DNA of 42,802 nucleotides from a virus. Its lineage: Duplodnaviria > Caudoviricetes. The position numbers and the translations under genes are program-made. The notes beneath the pieces were generated by a model that did not search any database, was not told the origin of the DNA, and saw only the letters and a program-made list of their open reading frames with translations. Positions 19,912 to 33,500 of the stretch are shown here, piece after piece. The DNA lies in IMG/VR virus record IMGVR_UViG_3300046804_003963, positions 1 through 42,802 of that record, one strand, 5' to 3'. How positions within the stretch are numbered: the stretch's first letter is position 1; every line of letters begins with the position of its first letter.

Positions 19912-21507
19912 CTAGAACTCCAATACAATTTTAATGTCTTCTTTTTGATTAGCTGATCTTGGAATAGGTTGTCTATTATCGAGATAAACAATATCGCCAG
20001 ATTTTTTATTATATTCAGCAGAAGAAATACCAGCCACAAATGTTTGTCCTAACTGATATATTCTATTATTTATTGTGGTAGTTACACCACTGAAGTTAGA
20101 ATTAATAGACAATGTTGGACCTATAATTGAAGAACAAGTAATTGTTAGTCCATATCCAGCATCTGGATTAGAAGTAAATGGAATAATTTTGAATCCCGTT
20201 TCACTTGATGCTAATCCTGTTGGTTGATAATATTTCAAAACTCCGGTTATTGAGTCCCATGATGCTACAAATCCGATTGCTGTAGATCCTAGTCCTACAG
20301 TTTGTTTTATAACAGAGTCTACAGCATATGTAGTATTAGTAGTCACGCCAGATAATTTTAAAGCGTTTAATCCACTAACCATGGATAAATCTAAAAGTTG
20401 AACATCACTTCCAATTATTTTTGGATTTTTGATTATTCCAACTCTGGCAAAATCATTTCCCAAAATAATATCAGGATTACTTTCTAAAGTTTCATATCTA
20501 GAATATAATAAAACTCTATATGCACCAAGTTCTCTATAAATATCATATCCGTGGCCACCCTTTGGTGGAATAATGACATTAAAAGATGATATTGAAGTAG
20601 TACCTATACCTGTATTACTAAGTTGTTTTAGAGGTCCATCTATATCAGATCCTGGAGCTCCAGGATAAAATTGTATAGTACCATAAGTATATCCCTTTCC
20701 TCCATCAGTAACAAAAACCTCGGATACTTTTCCAAAAGAATCTATTGTTATTGTCGCTTTACCTCCAGTTCCATCGCCCAATATTGGAACATTTGAAAAG
20801 GATGTTGAAATTGGTTGATAATTTGAACCTCTATTGTTAATAAGAACTACTTCAATTTTACCGTCAATTGCATTATTTTTTGTGGAGATTGTTTCTCCAG
20901 TATTTCCCCAATTTTCTGGAACAGGTATATATTCTATAGAATCAAATTTAACAATTTCTGAAGGCTTAATTGTATACAAATATTTCCATATATATCCATC
21001 ACCACTAGATCCTGCAGCTCGTGCTTCCAAATCAATAAAAGTAGGTTGATCAAAAGAAGGTCTTCCTTTTGGGTTTTCTGGATCTGTGCCATTTTGTAGA
21101 CATATATAAACCCTTAAATCTTCATTAATTACATAATAGTTTGCTTCATATAAATTTGTTTGTGCGGTAACCGGAGTTACATTATAAACATTATAATCAT
21201 GTCTGTACATTTCATAGGTATTGCCAGCAACCCAAGTTACTTTTCTAACAAGTCTTCTTACATCTTGACTTGTAATTTGTTTTAAAGAGATAATACTTTC
21301 TTTAACTTGATATTCTTCCTTAAATCCATCAAGAGGAGAAGGAGTATTCACACTCCAAGTTGAAGAGCCTCCTGCAGCAGAATTATTGCTGTTTGGCAAT
21401 CCAATAAAAGTATAATACTTATTTGAAGTATCCCCTACTCCAGATACACTTTTTACAAAGTTTTCTGCATTTAAAATTCTAAATTGATCAGAGATTATTG
21501 CTGGCAT
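19912..21507 (-). CDS. gp8: Baseplate wedge protein gp8
   Basis: MPAIISDQFRILNAENF, VYICLQNG, GDGYIWKYLYTI, PPKGGHG and SGDIVYLDNR...QKEDIKIVLEF motifs; gp6-gp7-gp8 synteny. Confidence 0.92.
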   Translation of the reverse strand: MPAIISDQFRILNAENFVKSVSGVGDTSNKYYTFIGLPNSNNSAAGGSSTWSVNTPSPLDGFKEEYQVKESIISLKQITSQDVRRLVRKVTWVAGNTYEMYRHDYNVYNVTPVTAQTNLYEANYYVINEDLRVYICLQNGTDPENPKGRPSFDQPTFIDLEARAAGSSGDGYIWKYLYTIKPSEIVKFDSIEYIPVPENWGNTGETISTKNNAIDGKIEVVLINNRGSNYQPISTSFSNVPILGDGTGGKATITIDSFGKVSEVFVTDGGKGYTYGTIQFYPGAPGSDIDGPLKQLSNTGIGTTSISSFNVIIPPKGGHGYDIYRELGAYRVLLYSRYETLESNPDIILGNDFARVGIIKNPKIIGSDVQLLDLSMVSGLNALKLSGVTTNTTYAVDSVIKQTVGLGSTAIGFVASWDSITGVLKYYQPTGLASSETGFKIIPFTSNPDAGYGLTITCSSIIGPTLSINSNFSGVTTTINNRIYQLGQTFVAGISSAEYNKKSGDIVYLDNRQPIPRSANQKEDIKIVLEF

Positions 21508-21526
21508 TTTAAGATATACTTTTTTT

Positions 21527-21533
21527 TATTTAG
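21527..21533 (-). promoter_or_regulatory. Late promoter variant (CTAAATA) for gp8
   Basis: TAAATA core in the short intergenic gap, 20 bp upstream of the ATG. Confidence 0.55.
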
Positions 21534-21540
21534 TTACCTT

Positions 21541-24500
21541 TTATTTACTTATAATATCTCTAGTTCTTAAAATTTTAGGAGAAGAAGATATACCGGAAAT
21601 ACCGTTATCATTGAAAACTTCAAAAATTTGTGGGTTTCCCAAAACTCTATTTTGGTAATCATATATCTTACCCCAACTATATCTTCCATAATAATTATTT
21701 GTGCCAATACCAGTATTATTTGATCCCCTACCATAAACTTTAACATAATTATCCACCATTGGAGCAAAATTACATGTTACAGTAACTATACCTAAAGAAG
21801 GTGTTGTGACATCTTCAACGATATAAACACCATCTAAAAATGACTTTGCAATTCCTACTTTTGAATTTGGATAATTGCTCATACCACCAAGAAGTGTAGT
21901 GATACCAACTAGATCACCACCAATTTCAACATTACTATCAGTAATTACAAAATAATCTCCTTTTGACAACTGACTATTAGTAATTCCAAAAACATTTAAA
22001 GAAGAATATCCAATACCCAAAGTACTATTGTCATATTCTTCCGATTTTAATATGAAAGAAATTTTTGGAGATGTTGTCCCAATACCAGCAGTTCCACTAA
22101 GATAAGTTGTAATTCCAATAATAATCCCATGATCTCCTTTAACTTTGATAGATTTAACAATTTCTGTTGAGAATTTATCGGGTTCAACTAATACCGGCGG
22201 AAGTTTTGATGTATCATAACCAAATCCAGGATTTACTATTTGTATTGATGTCACAGTTCCACTATTTACATTTGCTACAGCTGTGGCTTTGTTTTTAATG
22301 GGCTCTGCGTATATTGCAGTAGATCCAGATCCAATTGCAATATATCTACCATCAGATCCAAGTGTATCTACAAATGATAGATCATTTATAGATTTTGATT
22401 GTAAAGTACTTCTATAATTCCAATCACTAAGATCAAATGAATAATATAATTCACCAATAGATGTCAGAATAACATAGAAACCATAATTATAATAGATGTT
22501 TTGAATATTTTTAAGTCCAAGATTATTTGAAATAATTTGATAATTGTCTCTATTGATTGATTTTAAAATAACTCCGTCATCACCACCTACAATAAAACTT
22601 CCATTAACATATATCACCTTATTTAAATTAACATTTACCGGAGATACAGTAAAATCCCAAATAGTTCCATCATTTGATGTTCTAATAATTCCATCATTAC
22701 CAACCGCAACAAAGTATTCTGCACCAAAAACAACACTATTTAAACTAGATAATGTTTCGGAGTATCTACTAACAAAGCTAGTTGTACCTATACCAGGGCC
22801 AACAAATATTGATCCACCAGCACCTACGGCAACATAAGTATCTACAACATCAGAATATACAATTTCATTAAATGTCCCAGTATATCCACTACTTACTCTA
22901 CTTACAGCTCCAAGACCAATTACTGTAAATTCTTCTTCTAATGAAATTTGTGTCCATGTAGAAATACCAATTCCATAATCTGTGGCTTTTATAATTTTTC
23001 CAGAACTTCCTACTGATAATAATAAATTAGTAGACCCAGCGCCAACTATTTCTATTGAATTAAAATCAGAAGTATTTCCAAAACCTACAGTATCAACTTG
23101 CCAATTTATCCCATCTGGACTCGTTGCAAGAATTGAACTGCTACCAACTGCAATAAATTTATCTTTGTATTTAATGGCTTTAAAATCATATGTAGTAGAA
23201 CCAATTCCAACTCCAGCAGTCCAATTAAAAATAGGATCTTTTCTCTGAATATAACTTTCAGAAATAATTACTTTTGGTGCTAAAGTTTTAGCATATCCAA
23301 CTCCAGGATCAATTATACTAATTGAAGAAATAGTTGACGATGCAGAAACTACAGCTTGTCCTATACAAGGTTGAATAGTTCTATTTTCTAATATTAAAAC
23401 ATCGCGTATATCTTCTGAAAGATTGTCTATATCTGAAAATAGTGGATAAACATTATCAACATATATTGCATTATCTGTAGGTCCAATTTTTTTAATTACC
23501 GTTGATATTGGCTTTATCTTACTTTGATATCCAGGCCTAGATTTGGAATACAATGTCCCACTAATAACAGTATCCGACTTTTGTTTTTCCCAAGTAAGAG
23601 GTCTAACTTTTGTTGGATCGGTAATAATACCAACAGAATAATAGTTAAATGTTTCAAATTGATCAGCAGCAGTAATTTTTTTAACAACTCTATCAAATTG
23701 AGAAATGTCAAAAGGATCTTCAGGATTTTCTTGTATTGATATTATATCTCCAGTTTTCAATGTTTTTGGTGGATCCACAAGTTCAACATCAACTGAAGAT
23801 CCTCTATAATATAAAACTACACACTTAGATCCTTTTTTTGGCGCCTCAGTAAATACTACCCTACTTCCACTAAAAGTATATGCAGTTTTTGGTACTTGCA
23901 ATATATCATTTATGTATATAAAAATATTGTTACTTAAATTTAAATCTGTGCCGGGAGGGACTTTCAATCCTATAACTTCTCTTATTCCATTAACATTAGT
24001 TGCGAGGGTAAATTTTTTCCTAAATCCATTAAATAATGGAGAAATATCCTCGAATCTTATGAACTGGCCTGGATAAAAACCAGAAAAAGTATCGGTTTGT
24101 ACTTCTTCGACAGTTAAAACAAATTGATTAAATAATCCAGTGGTTCCTATTCCTACAGGTGTAAGTTTATCGCCGATTTTATATCCTATTCCAGGTTCAT
24201 CAAATTTATAAGATATAATACTAGATCCCATACCAACTTCAACAGTTAATTTTGCTCCTTGACCGACCCCAGAAGTTCCTCCAGTGTATGCAAGAGGTAA
24301 GTTACTATATCCAGTTGGTATTCCAATTACTACTTGTGGAATTGATGTACGAGTATATCCAACTCCAGAGTTAACAATCATAAATCCACTAATAGTTCCT
24401 GCAGCGCTGACAATCGCAGTAATACTTGCGCCTGTTCCTATTGTAGATGCGATACTAACTGTCGGAGAACCTCTGTATCCCGATCCGCCTCCAGATACTC

Positions 24501-27500
24501 TTATACTACTAATAGTTCCGGTTGCCGAAATAACTGCAGTAGCCGCTGCACCAATTCTTGGAATATATCCATAACTAGTAGATACTCCAACTTTTGATAT
24601 TTTTCCGGCTTTTGGAATACCAGATAAGAACTTAATTACATTTGTTGAAGGTCCATCAACCGTATAATCATTTGTTGGATCTTGAAAAACATTATTAATT
24701 AAAACTATAGGATTATTATTAATATAAGTAGCACTATTAACATTATTAAAAATTGCATCTGTAGTTTGTCCTTCAGATTTTAATGTAAACTCTGTTGCGG
24801 CAATTCCAGTAAAAGATAGAGAAATGTCGTCAAATAATATATTTTTATCATTTGGTGTATTTGGATCAAATTTTCTACTAAAAGCTCTGCCTCCAAATAT
24901 AGATCCAGTTTCCAATCCAACTGGTCCAATTTTTCCATATGGAGCTATATCAAAATATATTACATCTCCTTTAATATCAAAAGAACCATTCAAAACTGTT
25001 GCAGCAGAGCCAATAGTATGTGAAGTTGCAACTGTGCCAAAGTACCCTCTTATGACCTCTATCTGATTTGATGAGGTTATTCCAATATTAGTAATAGAAA
25101 CTAGTTCATTATCAATATTAATAATATCACGAATACTTAAAGATGAAATTCCAGAAGAAATATCTATTATTGTAGTTGAAGCAGAGGAAACACTGGAAGC
25201 TAAAGAAACATCTAGTGATTTTCTTGATATTGGTTTTTGTATTATTCCATCTATAGTAATTACTACACTGGAATTTGGATTTTTATATTCAAGGTAATGA
25301 GTACCAGTACCCACATTTGTTATATCTAAAAATATACTGGTAGATAATCCGGACAACTTAAATTGGTTATCATTTAATTTATAAACAAATACCGAATCTG
25401 GTAAAACTTGAGTACCAAGCTCCAACGGAGTAAATATTAAATCATCACTTGAAGTAGTTCCACCAATATAAGTACCCGCTATAGAAATTATTGATGTAGA
25501 AGAATATCCAGTTCCTCCATTTAAAACAGAAACTGAGTTAATTGCTCCAGAAGAATCTCTAGAAACATTAAAAGTGGCACCATTTAAATCATTAGAAGGA
25601 ACTTCCAAATAGGTTTGATCGGATTCACTTTGAATTACCGTTGGACCGGTCTTAGAAATTGTAAAAGTTAGATCATTAGTCGGTGATACACCGCCGATAT
25701 AAGTTCCAGCAATAGAAACTGTTTGTCCAACAACATAGTCCATACCACCTTTAGTTGGTAATATTGAAGTTGAAAGAGCATCTCCAGTGGTTGGAGAATA
25801 AGTTATGAATACAGTAAATTCAGCTCCGGTTCCTGTTGTTGTCAATCCAACAGACTGAAGGTAGGATTTTGAAATTGGTCCAACAGGACTTAAGACGGTA
25901 GAAATACCAGTTATTGTTGTAGATATAGATACAGAATATCCATTTTCCAATACAGCAGTTCCATCAAAATTTTGAACACTTATTAAAGTATCGAGAGACG
26001 ATGTAACATATGAAGTTGTAGCAATTCCAATCGGATTTCCATTAGAATTTGAATATATTAATTCTTGTCCCGATTGAAAATTATGATTAATAATTGTAAA
26101 TGTGTCGGTAATAGAATCTATACTACTACCAGTAAAAGCATGTTTGAACAAAGAAGTTCCTTTATTTTTTAATTTAAAGGTAGTCAATCCAACTACAGAT
26201 CCACCTCTAGTTAATGATGGATATATGACCACATTTGGTCCAGATGTAGTACCCAACCCAACTATAGATGTAATTATCCCAACACATGTGCCTATTGCAA
26301 CATAAACATCTGCATAACAATTTTTATTGTAAGATGTACTGCAGTCAATATCTATAGGAACTGTATAATCTATAGTTTGACTTGTAGATATAAATGCTCT
26401 TTGTATTGTACCGCCAGTTACATAATTATAAGATATTGTTGATGGTCCAGGATTTACTCTAAATCTATTTGAATCAATAACTTCTACTTTATAAACAAAT
26501 GTTTCGGGAGTTAGCGGTCCTGTGGTTAAAATTGAATTTGGAAATATAGCAGTAGTAACTCCACTGCCAGGATTAAAGGAAAAAGATAAATTTTTCAATA
26601 CCACATAGTTTGTGGTTGTTGTTGATAATCCATGAGCCGTTGATGTAGTTATTGTAGTTACACCACTTATTCTGTTGTAAACTGAGGTAGAAATTGCAAT
26701 ACTATTGCCAAGTTGATAAGATGTAATAACTCCAACATTATTAATGATATATTTTGATAAATCGAGAATATAATTAAATCCCAGAATAGTTTCGGTAGAT
26801 ATTCCTGACAGATAACTAGTGCCAAGTCCACTCCAATAGTCTAAACCAACATCAATAGATTTATTATTTGAAGAATATCTAACATCATGTGAAATTGCAT
26901 CGACAACATATCCAACTTCATTTTTAAAAGTTGACCTATTCCAAGTTGGACTTGTATTAATACCTGGATATATTGCAGTAATAAATCCTACCACTTCTTC
27001 TTTTATAAACTCTCTATTCAATCCCAATAAATACGATCCATCCGTCCTTCTTTGAGATTTTATTTGTAAAGAAGTTCCATTAAATTGTGAACTTATATCA
27101 TCAATATCAATGACTTTATTTGTTTTATTTAAAATATAAGGGGCTAAATTAATACCTTCATCAAGAAATATATTTTGAGTAGATCCATCACTAGCGGTTT
27201 CTTCTTCATAAACTCTAGTAAAATTCTTTTTGACTCCTATTGACGATACTTGATCCACATTAATAAATGTAAATGAAGAGTTTGATGCTAATTTTGGTTT
27301 CATATCCAAAGATCTAGCAATGCCAATATTAACTTCATTTATTGTTGGTTTTGTGATAATTTCCAAATCAGAAAATTCTTTAAATCCAGAGGGATGAACA
27401 ATAGATCTTACAGATTCTCTCCAAATATTATATGGGATATTACCTTTGATCGAATATGAAAACTTTTGATAATAAAAATTATCAGAAATTCTTTGTGAAT

Positions 27501-30500
27501 ATTCATTCAATATCCCAGAAGAATAGTCTATAGAGGAAGTTTTATCTCTAGATACACCTAGAGTAGAATATAAGTTAAATGTATCAAAATATTCTACTGT
27601 GCCCTTTATTTTAGATATCTCTCCATAAATTTTAGCTCCAACATTTATGGTGCCAGAAATATTTTTTAATCTCATTTGATTGAGTTTACCATCCCAACCA
27701 TTTTCCATTATTGATCCAGAAAATAACGGAGAGTTTACAGTTTCATTTGAAAGGAAATTAACATCATCTTTTAGTATCATCTCAAAAACAGCCATATCAT
27801 TTTTGTTTATTACTACGCCCAAATTTAAATCACCATCATACATACCAAATGACCCTGTAGAAATTCCAGTCATATCATATGTCACCGTATTATTGGCTGT
27901 ACTAACTCCAATAACATCAAAGAATTGATAATTATATGAAGATGAATTAAAATTAGCATCATCAGAAGTTGATGATGTTAATCTGCAATTTTCAATAAAA
28001 ATTTTATCCCCTATTTTGAATGGATATATGTAATCTGTTTGACCAAATCCAACGGAAATGAAAGGGTTTACACTTGGAATATTTGATAATTCAAGGGTTA
28101 TATAATTTCCGTTGATAGAAATACTATCAATTTCGTATCCATTTGAATTATAAATTGGAACAATATCTAACGGGCCCGATAATGAAGTAGAATTTTTAAT
28201 GATGTTTACAGAAGTTACAGATCCTCCAGATACTACTGCATCAAGTTCAATCCCATCGGTGTCATTTTTTACGATTAATTTTGGAGCAGTATTATATCTT
28301 CTACCTCCAGTAGTAACTCCAATATAATCTATAGTTCTTATATCTTTTACTCCTATAACACTCGGAACGCTTAATGAGGGAGATAGTGTTGGGTCTGTAG
28401 GATAATCAAATCCATCTTTAATTCTAGTAAAGGTTTCAACTCTTCCTACATTTGGAGATACTAGTTTTACTATTGCATTAGTTCCAAGATCACTTTTAAT
28501 TCCTCTAACTTTAGGTAATTTATTGTATCCTCTACCGGCAAAATTAATTTTTAATTTTGATACAGGACCTAAAGCATTAGTAGATGTAGTTTTATATGAA
28601 AAAGATGTTTCATTTTGCTTCAGTATTTGTTTCTCAATAAAACTTAATTTTTTAGTATTATAAAATGTAAATGTTTTATCTGTAACTGTCTCTACAGTAA
28701 AAGTATCATTTAGTCTATGATTTACTATAGAAATTTTATTGTTTGATAACACATCAAAATCTGTAGATATTTGTTTTTTACTTTCTTCTGATGATCCTCT
28801 CGGAAATAAATTGTAGTATATTGGGAAAAATTGTGCGGAAAGGTCTAAAACAACTTTAGAATCAGCATTTCCAGGAATTCCGGTTCTAGATACAAAAAAT
28901 CCAGTTCTTTCGTTAATTTTTTCAATGAATTTTACATCATAATAAAATTGCAGATCAAGATTTGTTAAACTTGGATCAGAAACATCAAATTCTATTTTTG
29001 TTGTCCTTATACAACTAATTTGAGGATTAACAAAATATAATTTATGGTTAGTACCGCCCACCGAATTAAAATTAATAAATTTAGATTCTTTTATATCAGT
29101 TCTGTATTGACATAATTTTATTGCATTAAAATCGGTTTTTAAAACATAGTAAATTCCATAATTATAAAGTCCGCCTATAGTATTTTCAGAAATATAAACA
29201 ACTTTATCACCAGTTTCAATATTACCATCATATGAAGAAAGATCTATGGAATCATTTGCTATTGAAACATCGGTATCGAGGAAAGTTATCTCCCTCATTA
29301 AAACTTTTCTATTTACTGGATCAAAAATAACTTTAACAACTTCATTATAGTCGGTTTTTATATTAAATTTTATACTATCACCTACCTTTAAATTATGGTT
29401 TGATGTAGTTGTTACTATTCCAAGTGTTTTTTGTAAACTTGATGTTATTTTAGGATTTAGAGTTGTTAAAGAGTGTGCTGCACCGATAACACCATAAGAT
29501 TTTTCTTGATTCCAAAATTCTAAACAATTATTATTAGTTCCTATTCCTATTGAACTTGTAAATCCAATAGTAGATAAACCAACATAATCCTTACCCAAGT
29601 TTACAGCCCAAACAATTTGATTATCCTCTAACTTAATTGAAAGGCCGGACCCGACATTATTAACATACAAAGATGTTCCAGCAAATCCAGATCCAGAATT
29701 ATAAATTAATGGTTGTCCTGTATAAAATTTATGTCCTGGTAAATATATGCTCTTCGCTGGAATAAATCTAGTAGTAAATGAAGTGGTTCCAAATCCAACA
29801 ACAGTACGGAATGAACCAGTTGATCCAATACCAATAGAAAATCTTGGATCAAAAAATGTAGTGTAATTTTGTAATGTTAAATCTTTGACTGTACCAGTAG
29901 GAATTTTAAATTCCCTTGGCAATAAAACTACATTATCAATTCCTGCAGTATGAATTCCAGTATTTTGTAACCTATTTACATAAAATCCCGATCTTTTAGA
30001 GTCGATATTTGTAATTAGTAAAATTTCAGTCCCTATACCTATAAAATCATTAACTTTAAATCCACTAATATCTTTCAATTTAATAAAAGTTGATATTCCA
30101 GTAACTGATACAGTATCAATGTTTTCCTCCAATTGAGATTCTTTGTCATCAACTTTTACATATTGAATGCCTTGAAATAATGATGAAGTTATTGTAGATA
30201 TACCATTAATTAATATTGGTTGTTCATTTTTTATTCCATGTGGTGCAGAAGCTGTTACAATAGTATCTGGCAATTTTATATAATATTCCAGATCTTCTAT
30301 TAAACTTTCAGTTATACTAAAGGATTCTACATCAACACCTTTTAACTCACTTACGACTATATTAGGTTGTATACCATCAGTACCTGATACATCTATATCA
30401 ACAGGATCATTTACTTTATAGTTATCTCCTGGAGAAAATATAACAACATCATCTATTTTACTAGAATTTATTGAAGTTACTGAAAATTCTTGTTTATATT

Positions 30501-33500
30501 CTTCTTTTACTTTATCGAGTAAATCATAATAAGAATTAGCCCTATTTAGATAATAGGGACCAACATTTCTAGTTAAATTAGTTCCAAAAATATTAAAATC
30601 CTGATTAAATGCTGGTAAGAAATTTTCAGTTATTGGTTTATTATAAAAATATGGTCCAACAAGATATGGGTATTTTGGAACAGATTGATTAGAAGCATTG
30701 ACTTCTACAGTAGAAAAATATGCATATACACCATTTGGATATTCTGGTGTTATTGCAAATCTTCCATTATGAATATCCAAATCTCCAGATCCGTCATATA
30801 CATAATCATCTATAAAAAATCCGGGATCAAATGCTGGCGGTCTTTTTCCACTAGTTGTATCAACATTTAAAACATAACTAGAATTCATCCTTCGTATAAA
30901 TCCGCCAGTAGTAGTATCATACGCATATGGTCCATATATCGGATTTCCATCATATGCGTATCCCAAGATCGGAGAATGATTTAATGTACCAGTGCTTTCT
31001 TTATTATCTTCGGTAAAATTATCAGACAACTGATATCTTAATATTTTTGGAACATAAAAACTAATAAATTGTAGTCCAAGATCTGGATTTTTACTTACAT
31101 GGAGTATTCCATCATCCTGTTGAGAAATAATATTTTTACTTTTTGATACCTGATTTATTTTCCATTCCGTCACATTTGCTAAAAATTTAGCATTTTCTCC
31201 TCTATTTTTGAGAGTTAATATTGTATTTGATGGTTTATATCCTATACCACCAAAAACAATATTGACACTTGTTAATTTTCCATTTTCAACAATTGGTTCT
31301 ATCTGGGCATAATCACCATCACCAGAAACCACTATTTCAGAATTTTTTCTAAATCCATTTCCTCTACCAATAATTTGAACATCAACTATAGATCCGTCAA
31401 TAATGATTGGTTTTAAAATGGCTTCAGAAGTTATACTTGAAATTCCAATATTTGGTCTTCTGTGGTAATTAATAATGTTTGTACATCCATATGATACACC
31501 ACCATCTTCTAGATAAACATCTTGAATTGGTCCAAGAACAATTGGTTTAAGTTCTGGACTTATTATTGTAGTAGATCCTATTGCAGATTTTGCTTCTACA
31601 TTTATTTCTATTGGTGGATATCCGATAATGTGCGTACCAATTCCCAAAGAATCTAATTTAACAAATTTATTTTTAATATAATTTTCATCACTTAAATTTG
31701 TACTGACTCCACAGTCATAAAGTCTAAATTTATTATCATCAATTAGTTTGACTTTATAATATATTGAAGTTGATAATCCAGATACGGGAGTGTCAGTATA
31801 ACTGTATTTAACATATTCCCCATCCAAAAATCCATGTTTTTTCGCAAAAACATAAGAATCAAATGTATTAATACCACAAGTTTTATTATCTGCAGAGAGT
31901 AGAGATGATACTCTCACATTTCTATTTGAATACCCTTCTCCAGGATTTTTTACATAAATTTTTGTAAAAGTATTTTTATTTTTTAGTGTTGTTATAAAAT
32001 GAAATCCAGATGAAACTCCTACAATATCAATTTCGTTTATTTTTTGAAGAGCATCTGTTTTTGTGTTAAACAATTTAACTTTATTATCAGTTAAAATTCC
32101 AACAAAATATGTCGAACTGTTTACTATTCCTAAAATATTGTTATTTTTATTAGAATCATATATAACTTCTTCCCCATCTTCAAATGGAGTTTTGTTTAAA
32201 AATTGTATTGTATTGTCTGCTGGAGAAACATTAAGATCTGCTTTAAAACCAGCAGATACTTGGCTACTAACAAAGTTGGATTCTAATATACATCCTTTAC
32301 CATTTCCCCCAGTAATTGTAATTTTTGGTTTTTCTTGATATCCATATCCAGCATTTAATATTTTAACTTCTTTAACAGATCCAACAATATTTACATGAGC
32401 TTTAACCCCTATACCAGTTTCATCCTTTAATTCTATTGGAGGTACATCAATAACATCATAGTCTTTACCGGAATTAGTGACCTCAATAGAAGATATAGCT
32501 CCATAGTAAATGTTTTCATCGAATAAAGTTGGGGATAAAATTTCAACCCCATTTATTAACATTCCAATTTCTCTATTAAAAGTAGTTCTTTTATTTAAAT
32601 CATCGAATAAAAGTTTTGTTCCTTTGAGTGGTATTTTCTTTAATAATTTTTGATGTTTTAGAGTTTTATTTTGATATCCTGCTTTGTATATAATATCATC
32701 AGTTACTGGAGAAGTAATAGTAACATATTTTTTTGAGAAAATATCTGATTTGCTGTAAGATAATTTTACTTTATTATTATCAACTTTTGTAATATAGTAA
32801 AGTCCTGTTAATATACCAACGGATGTAACTGGTTGGTAATAAATTAGTTCACCACTTAAATGATCATGATTTGGAACATTTAATGTATCTGTTATAGCTA
32901 CACCAACATTAGTCGAAGCTACTTTTTTATTCTCTGTAGAGAACATTGGGTAATTTGGTAATCCAGACGATGTTACATAAAAATATTTTTCGTCCGAATC
33001 CATATAGGTGTTTTGTACTCCAGAAGGAATAGAATCAAGATCTGGAAAATGATCATTATAATGTTTTACCTTGTAAATTTTTTTCTTTACTAAAATAGAA
33101 TTTAAAACTACATATGTACCAGGATTTATTATTTGAACTAAAATTTTTCTCGTATATTTTTTAATTATATCCGATGTATCATATTCTACATCAATAATAT
33201 TACATTCTCTAACATTACCAGCAGAATCTTCTAATAAAATTGTTTCTCCTGCATAAAAATAAACTTTATCGAACAAAGTAATTCTATATTTTGTAGAATC
33301 AATTTGAGATATTGTTTTAATATTGTGATTGGTTGGTAAATTGTACATCCAACTATTAAATTCAAATCTATCAAATAGATCTTTACCAAATCCAGATAAA
33401 GAAATTGAATCTCCTACTCTTAAATTGGAAGTTTTGGAAAAATCAATATTATCAATTACATTAACGACCCTAAATTCAACTTTAGATGTATTACCTACAC

